Source: Candidatus Chisholmbacteria bacterium RIFCSPHIGHO2_01_FULL_52_32
Lineage (GTDB): Bacteria; Patescibacteriota; Microgenomatia; UBA1400; Chisholmbacteraceae
Direction: 5' to 3'
Assembly: GCA_001816585.1 (NCBI GenBank)
Contig: MHCJ01000006.1
Location: 40-64,039 of the forward strand
DNA length: 64,000 nucleotides
A program made the translations under genes and the position numbers. Under the pieces are notes generated by a model. That model was not told the origin of the DNA. It saw only the letters and a list, made by a program, of their open reading frames with translations, and ran no database searches. Below, one piece after another: positions 57,408-64,000 of this stretch; the stretch's first letter is position 1; every line of letters starts with the position of its first letter.

Positions 57408-58133
57408 CTATGAGAATAGTCCGACCGCCACGGACCAAAACGTATGCGAAAGAATGGGAGCGACCAGGTTTCGAGTCCGAAGCATCAGAATGGCATTACC
57501 CATACCGACAAAAAAGAAGAGGATGAGCTGAATGACGATGAAGGATGCACTGGCATGAGACTCAAACCAAAGAATGGGAAAGTGAAGCAGGGTATAAAGA
57601 AATGCCGTGAGACCCACGCTCTCCCATTCATTTCCAAAAGAATGGTAGAACCGAGAAAGAAAAAATCCCGAAAAAACCATCTGCTCCCAAACCGCCGTCA
57701 TCAAAGATACGCCCAAAAGACTCAACCAAGAAACAGACGTAAAAGGGAGGATGCCGAGGCGCTCTCCTGAAGGAACATATCCTGCGAGCCGTACGGCAAG
57801 GAGGTAAACGACCCCAAGCGTCAAACCAAAATAGATGGACAAGGACAACCTCTCCCGCCGAAATCCAAAAGCTTCAAAGAGAGCCCTACCCCGCTTACCT
57901 TCCCCGACCAGGACGGACAAAACAGGGGGTAAAAAAACCAAAGGCTTAAATATCAACTCCTCAATGATCGTCGGAAATCGAAACAGCAGGCGGTATAAAC
58001 CCCACAGAACAAAAATAACCGCATAGACGGAAATAGTTCTCCGTAGAACCTCTATGCGGGATTCCGGACGGACCAAACCAACTCGTTCTGAAACCGAAAG
58101 GATCAATCTGCGAAACAGAGTGTGAGAGCGCAT
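57408..58133 (-). CDS. CPBP (Abi/CAAX) intramembrane metalloprotease-like protein
   Basis: WEQMVFSGF, LLH, PILSH; multi-TM. Confidence 0.8.
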   Translation of the reverse strand: MRSHTLFRRLILSVSERVGLVRPESRIEVLRRTISVYAVIFVLWGLYRLLFRFPTIIEELIFKPLVFLPPVLSVLVGEGKRGRALFEAFGFRRERLSLSIYFGLTLGVVYLLAVRLAGYVPSGERLGILPFTSVSWLSLLGVSLMTAVWEQMVFSGFFLSRFYHSFGNEWESVGLTAFLYTLLHFPILWFESHASASFIVIQLILFFFVGMGNAILMLRTRNLVAPILSHTFWSVAVGLFS

Positions 58134-58279
58134 GGGACGGAAAAAATATTGGAAAATAGGACAACCTCCCGTTACGAATTCATTGTACAATAACAAAAGG
58201 AATAAACTAAAAATTGGAAAAGGAATGACACCTTACCCTCAAGGTGTATGATAGAAGCCCAAAGTCAAAAACCTGAGCG

Positions 58280-58951
58280 ATGAAAAGGTCAAAACTCCAA
58301 GAAATCAAAGAGTATAAATACAAAAACGTCACCATCTCCGGCATCCCCGGAGCCGGTTCCTCGACCTTAGGGAAAGCCCTGGCAAAAGCAATCGGATGGA
58401 AGTATTTCTCAGGAGGCGACTTTATGCGAGCCTACGCCATCAAAAAAGGATTCTTTAACAAACGGAACAAAGTCCACCATGACGCAACCATCTACGACGA
58501 GGATTTCGACCGAAAGGTTGATTTCGGAATGCGCGAGACCCTCAGTACCAAAAGCGGACAAGTCTTGGAATCCTGGCTTTCAAGCTTTATGGCACAAGGG
58601 ATTAAAGGGACGTTAAAAATCCTGGTCTATTGTTCGGTAGACTCGGTGAGGGTCGACCGCATCGTCAACCGCGACAATATCACCGTTGGTGAGGCAAAAA
58701 AACATATATTCGAGAGAGAGAAAAAGAACACCGAAAAATGGGGCAGGGTCTACAAACACCAATGGCAAGAGTGGGTGGTAGAAAAAGGGCGAGTCGACAA
58801 GACAAAACCAATTTGGTTCTGGTATCCGGAGCTGTATGATGTAGCGATCGACACCTATGGAAACAGCAAGGAAGAAACATTGAGGATCGCCCTCACAGCG
58901 CTCGGAGTAAAAAAACCGATCGATTACCAGAAACTCTTTGCCTCCGAATAA
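58280..58951 (+). CDS. Cytidylate kinase-like protein (archaeal type)
   Basis: VTISGIPGAGSSTL, SGGDFMR, DRKVD, YDVAIDT. Confidence 0.85.
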   Translation: MKRSKLQEIKEYKYKNVTISGIPGAGSSTLGKALAKAIGWKYFSGGDFMRAYAIKKGFFNKRNKVHHDATIYDEDFDRKVDFGMRETLSTKSGQVLESWLSSFMAQGIKGTLKILVYCSVDSVRVDRIVNRDNITVGEAKKHIFEREKKNTEKWGRVYKHQWQEWVVEKGRVDKTKPIWFWYPELYDVAIDTYGNSKEETLRIALTALGVKKPIDYQKLFASE

Positions 58952-58957
58952 ACCTCC

Positions 58958-61429
58958 ATGCGGAAAGCTCAAACGGGTGAATACTCCCCCAAAACAAGGG
59001 ATAAACGAGGAAGATTTGTTCAATCAGAAACTCCCGGAACCGCAACCACGGTTTCGGGATCAGAACCGGAAACACCCCCCGAAAGCAGAAAGAAACCGGA
59101 GAAAACTCAAGCGTATTCATCCGCACCCCTAAACTTGAGCCACAAGGTTGCATGGGGAAAAGCCAAGCTCAGGGAATATTGGTATGTCCTTACCGCACTT
59201 ATACTCATCTGCCTGGCATCCTACCTGTTCATCTTTCGCGATCTGCCCTCCCCTCAAAGACTTCGTCAAGCCGATGCCTTTGCCGCCTCAACCAGAATCT
59301 TTGACCGGAACGGAAAATTGCTGTTTGAGATCTATACGGAACGCAACAGAACACCGGTAACCGTAAAGGAGCTCCCGGAGTATATCAGCTCCGCCCATAT
59401 CGCAATTGAGGATAAAAACTTCTACCACCACCATGGCTTTGCTTCCGAAGGATTGGTAAGAGCAACGGTAAATACCCTGTTTCGCAGAAAGCTCCAGGGC
59501 GGATCGACCATTACCCAACAGCTCGTCAAGACCGCGCTCCTCAGTCCCGAGCGGACCATTCAAAGAAAAATCCGCGAAGCGATCCTGACAATTCTCACCG
59601 AACTCATATACTCGAAAGACCAAATTCTCGAAATGTACTTAAACCATGTTCCGTACGGAGGGACGGCTTGGGGAGTTGAAGCCGCCGCCCAAACGTATTT
59701 CGGAAAACCGGCCAAGGACCTGACTTTAGGTGAAGCCGCCCTCCTCGCTGGCCTTCCCGCTGCTCCCACTCGCTATTCCCCGTTCGGGGCGAATCCCGAA
59801 CTGGCAAAAGAACGCCAAGAGTTGGTCCTCTCCCGCATGGTTGAAGATGGATATATTACGGAGAACGAGAGAGAAACCGCAAAACAAGAACCGGTCAAGC
59901 TCGTCCCTCCGAAGACCGATATCAGGGCCCCCCATTTTGTCCTTTGGGTGAAAGAGCTTCTGGTTGAAACGTACGGCGAGCAAGCGGTCGAAAAAGGCGG
60001 GCTTCACGTCACCACGACCCTCGACCTTGATCTTCAAGAATACGCCGAAGGCACGCTTGCCGCTGAAATAGCCGATCTTGAAAAACTTCGGGTCGGCAAC
60101 GGCGCCGCCCTCATTACGAATCCGAAAACCGGCGAAATTGTAGCCATGGTCGGTTCACGGGACTATTTCGACACCCAACACGACGGCAATGTAAACGTCA
60201 CCACCCGTCCCCGTCAACCCGGAAGCTCAATAAAACCGATAAACTACGCGACGGCCTTCGCGACCGGCCGGCTCACTCCCGCATCCCTGATCCTGGACAT
60301 CCCGACCTGTTTTGTCGTTTCTGGGCAACCACCCTACTGTCCCCGGAACTACGACAACACCTTCCACGGCCCCGTTCAAGTTCGCTTTGCCCTGGGGAAC
60401 TCGTACAACATCCCTGCGGTGAAGGCCCTGGCGGTGAACTCGGTTGAAAATATGATCGCGACGGCCAGTGCCATGGGCATCACCGGCTGGAAAGACCCGA
60501 GTTCCTACGGACTCTCCCTAACCTTGGGAGGGGGAGAGGTACGCATGGTTGATATGGCTGTAGCTTTTGGCGTTTTTGCAAACGAAGGTATCAAAGCCCC
60601 TCTCCATGCAATCCTCAAGGTTGAAGATCAACAGGGAAATATCTTGGAAGAATACAAACCAGAAGAGACTCTTGAGGAAGTCAACCGGCTCAATGAGGCT
60701 GACCAGAAAACAGAGACTGAAAACAGTGAAAAGCAATCGGTGCATCGGGTTCTCCCCCGAGAAATCGCCTACCTTATCTCCCATATCCTCTTAGATAACA
60801 ATGCGCGCGCCGGGGCTTTCGGAACGGATTCCCAACTGGTGATTCGAAACAAAGTCGTCTCCGTCAAAACTGGTACAACAAACGATCTTCGGGACAACTG
60901 GACGATCGGCTTTACTCCAGAAAGGCTTGTTTCCGTCTGGGTTGGGAACAACGATAATACCCCAATGAACCCCTATCTTGTCTCTGGAGTCACGGGCGCA
61001 GCCCCCATTTGGCACAAACTCATGGAGAAAGTGCTCGAGAACGAAAAAGCCCAGTGGCCGGAGAAACCCAAAGGAATCATCGGTTTGGATATCTGCACCA
61101 TCTCAGGGCTTCTTCCCAACCCGGAAAATCCTTGCCCGACCAGACACGAATTCTTTATGAAGGGCTTTGAACCTAAAGAGCTCGATCAATCCCGTCGTGG
61201 GATCCCGATCAAAAAGGACACGGGGCTCCCTCCGAAACAGGGGGATACCGAGAACATCGAGATTCAGGATCATTTCGTCGTTTCCGATCCGTTTCTCAAA
61301 GATTTCTGTTTGGACTGTCCTTGGCCGCAGGAGGTTGATGAAAATGGTCAGCCGACCGGAAAACCTGCCTATCCGCAAACAACGATCGACATAAAAACTG
61401 GAACAGGCACAATCTCCCAAAACCCCTAA
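58958..61429 (+). CDS. Class A penicillin-binding protein (transglycosylase/transpeptidase)
   Basis: IEDKNFY, GGSTITQQL, PGSSIKP, SYN, KTGT. Confidence 0.95.
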   Translation: MRKAQTGEYSPKTRDKRGRFVQSETPGTATTVSGSEPETPPESRKKPEKTQAYSSAPLNLSHKVAWGKAKLREYWYVLTALILICLASYLFIFRDLPSPQRLRQADAFAASTRIFDRNGKLLFEIYTERNRTPVTVKELPEYISSAHIAIEDKNFYHHHGFASEGLVRATVNTLFRRKLQGGSTITQQLVKTALLSPERTIQRKIREAILTILTELIYSKDQILEMYLNHVPYGGTAWGVEAAAQTYFGKPAKDLTLGEAALLAGLPAAPTRYSPFGANPELAKERQELVLSRMVEDGYITENERETAKQEPVKLVPPKTDIRAPHFVLWVKELLVETYGEQAVEKGGLHVTTTLDLDLQEYAEGTLAAEIADLEKLRVGNGAALITNPKTGEIVAMVGSRDYFDTQHDGNVNVTTRPRQPGSSIKPINYATAFATGRLTPASLILDIPTCFVVSGQPPYCPRNYDNTFHGPVQVRFALGNSYNIPAVKALAVNSVENMIATASAMGITGWKDPSSYGLSLTLGGGEVRMVDMAVAFGVFANEGIKAPLHAILKVEDQQGNILEEYKPEETLEEVNRLNEADQKTETENSEKQSVHRVLPREIAYLISHILLDNNARAGAFGTDSQLVIRNKVVSVKTGTTNDLRDNWTIGFTPERLVSVWVGNNDNTPMNPYLVSGVTGAAPIWHKLMEKVLENEKAQWPEKPKGIIGLDICTISGLLPNPENPCPTRHEFFMKGFEPKELDQSRRGIPIKKDTGLPPKQGDTENIEIQDHFVVSDPFLKDFCLDCPWPQEVDENGQPTGKPAYPQTTIDIKTGTGTISQNP

Positions 61430-61453
61430 ATGGTGTAGTATGGATAAGGCGGT

Positions 61454-61771
61454 ATGGAGAAAAAAAACCTGCTCCAATTCCCATCAATGGCCATCTTCCT
61501 CGCTGAATCGGTGGCAATCCAAAACCCACGCTGCATCGACTTCACGAAAGAGCTCGAAAGTAGCCTCGGCCTCTTCCAACTCGGAGCCCTCGCGCGCTTT
61601 TTTCCCCAAATCGTTGCGGGAACAGCCGCCCTCTTCACATACCTCTTTTTTCTCAAGGCGTTTGCAAAACCCAAAACCCTCCTTGCCCTCGTAAGCCTTC
61701 CGATAACCTACGCTGCGCTCTCCACCCTCATTTCCTACCTTATCCGAGACGTCTTCAGTTACTGTTATTAG
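61454..61771 (+). CDS. Small membrane protein
   Basis: Two TM segments, between PBP and GH18 genes. Confidence 0.6.
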   Translation: MEKKNLLQFPSMAIFLAESVAIQNPRCIDFTKELESSLGLFQLGALARFFPQIVAGTAALFTYLFFLKAFAKPKTLLALVSLPITYAALSTLISYLIRDVFSYCY

Positions 61772-61802
61772 AAGGGGAAACAACCTTTGCTACAATAACC
61801 CT

Positions 61803-63503
61803 ATGCCAGCCAAAGCCGAAAAGAAAAAGAAAACGGAAAAGCACCGTGCTGCCCGAAAAGACTCCCCTCCCTCGATTCCGGTAGGCACCGCAGAGAAGAT
61901 TCAAGCCGAGACAATGCCGACCGAAAGTGCCACGAAGGAAAAAGGAAGCCCGGGTTTGCCGCCTGAAAACGAACCAGGAAGCACTCCCGAACCGCAAGAA
62001 CAGTTACCGCCGATCGATCTGTCAAGCACCCAAGCTGAACCTGAAACGGAAACGGGAGAAAACCCTCTGACTCAAGTCCAAAGCCTAGCCGAAGAAGCAA
62101 GTAAAGCCCCTCCTCCGATAGACGAAGAGCCAAAGCCTCCGGTAGCCCTGGATCTCCGAAAACCGCCGGCTTGGCACGCGGAATCGGAAACCCCAACGGA
62201 AACTCCGGAAGAGATTCCAAAAGAACAAGCGACGATCGGGGAAGAAGCACAAGAACAGGAAAAAGAACCGCAAGAACAGATAGCCAAGCAGCCGAAAAAA
62301 AAGCTAACCATTGGTTTCATCGCGCTCCTTGTGATCTTTCTTCTTCTGCTTATTGCTGTAATCGTTGCGATAAACCTCATGACGGCCAAACAGGAATTTA
62401 TCTCTCCGGTTCCCGAAGAAACCGGTGTCCTCTCCGTGCAAATCGAAGCCCGGGACACTCAAAAATCAAAGGAAGTGATTGGATTTCTGCCCTACTGGAA
62501 TATCAAAGAGGAAACAAACTTTCGCTACCAGCTTCTGACCCAAATTGCATTCTTCTCATTACAAATCGATGCGGACGGAAATATCAACAAACTCAAAGAA
62601 GATGGGACCGAAGAACCGGGATGGACTGCCTTTAAAGGGCCATCGTTTGGGACAATCTTCCGTAAAGCAAAAGAGTCGGGAGCAAAAGTTATTTTGACCA
62701 TTCAAGCCATGGATCAAGAAACCATCTCCGAAGTCGTCAACGATCCTCTGAAACGAAGCCGAGCGATCGCTCAAACGCTTGAAGCGATATTGACCAAAAA
62801 CCTCGACGGGGTAAACATTGACTTTGAATACGCCGGAGCGCCCAGCGTCAACACAGTCGATAACTTCACCGAGTTTGTTAAGGAATTTAATGGTGAGCTC
62901 CAGGCAAAGAAACCAAACGCCACACTGACCGTCGACGTCTTCGCCGACGCCGTAGCCAAAGTACGACTCTGGGACATACCGGAGTTTGTAGAGGATGTGG
63001 ACCATATCATCATTATGGCCTACGACTTCCATCGTGCCTCATCTTCGGTTGCCGCTCCCGTTGCGCCGATCCGAGGGGCACCAGAATATTGGGAATACGA
63101 CATCGGGAAAGCCCTTACGGAGTTCACAAAAATTGTCCCCATGGAAAAGATCATCCTCGGAGTCCCCTACTATGGGTACGAGTGGAGAACGACCACAGAT
63201 ACGCCATATGCCACAACCTATCCGAAATCCGGATCGCTCGCCACGTTTAAACGAATTCAAACGCTAATCGAAGAAAAAAATCCAAAACTCGATTGGGACG
63301 AAACCGCCCTCGCCCCACGGGTAACATACACCGAAAAAGGAGAAATCTACCAAATCTACTACGAGAATGAAACCTCGCTTGGACTAAAGTACGATTTAGT
63401 AAATCAAAGCGGAATCGCAGGAATTGGTATTTGGGCATTGGGATACGATGGGGAATATCCAAATCTTTGGAATCTCCTTGCAGAAAAATTACCCCGTAAC
63501 TGA
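61803..63503 (+). CDS. Glycoside hydrolase family 18 with a disordered acidic N-terminus and a TM anchor
   Basis: LDGVNIDFE, IMAYDF, GVPYYG, GIWALG. Confidence 0.92.
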   Translation: MPAKAEKKKKTEKHRAARKDSPPSIPVGTAEKIQAETMPTESATKEKGSPGLPPENEPGSTPEPQEQLPPIDLSSTQAEPETETGENPLTQVQSLAEEASKAPPPIDEEPKPPVALDLRKPPAWHAESETPTETPEEIPKEQATIGEEAQEQEKEPQEQIAKQPKKKLTIGFIALLVIFLLLLIAVIVAINLMTAKQEFISPVPEETGVLSVQIEARDTQKSKEVIGFLPYWNIKEETNFRYQLLTQIAFFSLQIDADGNINKLKEDGTEEPGWTAFKGPSFGTIFRKAKESGAKVILTIQAMDQETISEVVNDPLKRSRAIAQTLEAILTKNLDGVNIDFEYAGAPSVNTVDNFTEFVKEFNGELQAKKPNATLTVDVFADAVAKVRLWDIPEFVEDVDHIIIMAYDFHRASSSVAAPVAPIRGAPEYWEYDIGKALTEFTKIVPMEKIILGVPYYGYEWRTTTDTPYATTYPKSGSLATFKRIQTLIEEKNPKLDWDETALAPRVTYTEKGEIYQIYYENETSLGLKYDLVNQSGIAGIGIWALGYDGEYPNLWNLLAEKLPRN

Positions 63504-63542
63504 CACGCATCTCCCAACGAAGAGACCCCCTCTATATCAAAA

Positions 63543-63679
63543 GGAGAGCGCGGAACAAATTTCGCCGGTTGCTTAGGCCAGTCCGCCAGCTGGCGGACTG
63601 GTATGGAATACAACGAACGCCTGCAAATCGTGATTGCGCCGTTTGCGACCAAGAAATTTCCGTTGCAGGGGTCTCCGCA
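63543..63679. repeat. ~135-bp palindromic repeat, copy 2
   Basis: Matches 21965-22100. Confidence 0.85.
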
Positions 63680-63742
63680 GTAAGCGGAACTCGAGCTATA
63701 AACTGCCAGAGTTGCCCATCTGAACTATAATATCCCCAAAAG

Positions 63743-64000
63743 ATGAAAGGAAACCCGTCAGAAACAAGGAAACGGTTGCCAATTGACGGACTGCTAATCA
63801 CCTTTGGTCAGCCATTTTTCCAAGGGATACTGATCGTGCTCTACGGCGCAATCATCGGAATTGCGCTGATCGCCAATGGGCTGGTTCAATTAATGAAACT
63901 GTCGAATGCGCTCACCGTACCAATACGAAAGACACTCTCATCGGTGAAGTCAAGAGTCGCGCGGATCTCAGAAGATCTTACGGCGAAAAGCTCCCTCCAA
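63743..64000 (+). CDS. 5' end of a membrane protein gene (runs off the window)
   Basis: TATAAT upstream; open frame MKGNPSETRKRLPIDGLLITFGQPFFQGILIVLYGA... to the edge. Confidence 0.7.
   Translation, partial: MKGNPSETRKRLPIDGLLITFGQPFFQGILIVLYGAIIGIALIANGLVQLMKLSNALTVPIRKTLSSVKSRVARISEDLTAKSSLQ

Noticed and set aside
1-64000. CRISPR array
   Set aside because: Repeats are dispersed or short tandem units without regular unique spacers; no cas genes.

Overview
64-kb bacterial chromosomal segment read with the standard code 11, about 50% GC, with most genes on the minus strand. Gene content suggests a Patescibacteria (CPR, Microgenomates-like) genome; this is inference from the stand-alone 5'-3' exonuclease, ATP-dependent ligase, TraD/VirB4-like ATPase and DUF5654/DUF5667-type proteins. 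The backbone is housekeeping: a CsoR-family/trxA/trxB/gdhA/dsbA redox operon, lgt, pth, P-type ATPase, ligase, recF, mutM, ftsH, trpS, PBP and GH18. The unusual content is as follows. (1) An NrdR-controlled array of three divergent class II ribonucleotide reductases, each with different phosphate-binding and specificity-loop motifs, interleaved with NUDIX, MazG-like and Maf pyrophosphatases; a cobalamin adenosyltransferase lies downstream and a cobalamin-riboswitch-controlled unknown gene upstream. (2) A four-helix-bundle (23S-IVP/Avd-like) gene bracketed by inverted 4x7-bp arrays, plus many strand-polarised heptamer arrays and nested palindromes inserted in frame into housekeeping proteins and riboswitches. 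(3) A Trp-specific transcriptional T-box with an ultrashort stem I. (4) A group I intron in tRNA-fMet and a tRNA-Ile(UAU). (5) A tandem transposase-like HTH / membrane GT2 fusion gene missed by the ORF track. No CRISPR, rRNA, transposase catalytic domain or reverse transcriptase was seen. All calls are by eye; no searches were run.
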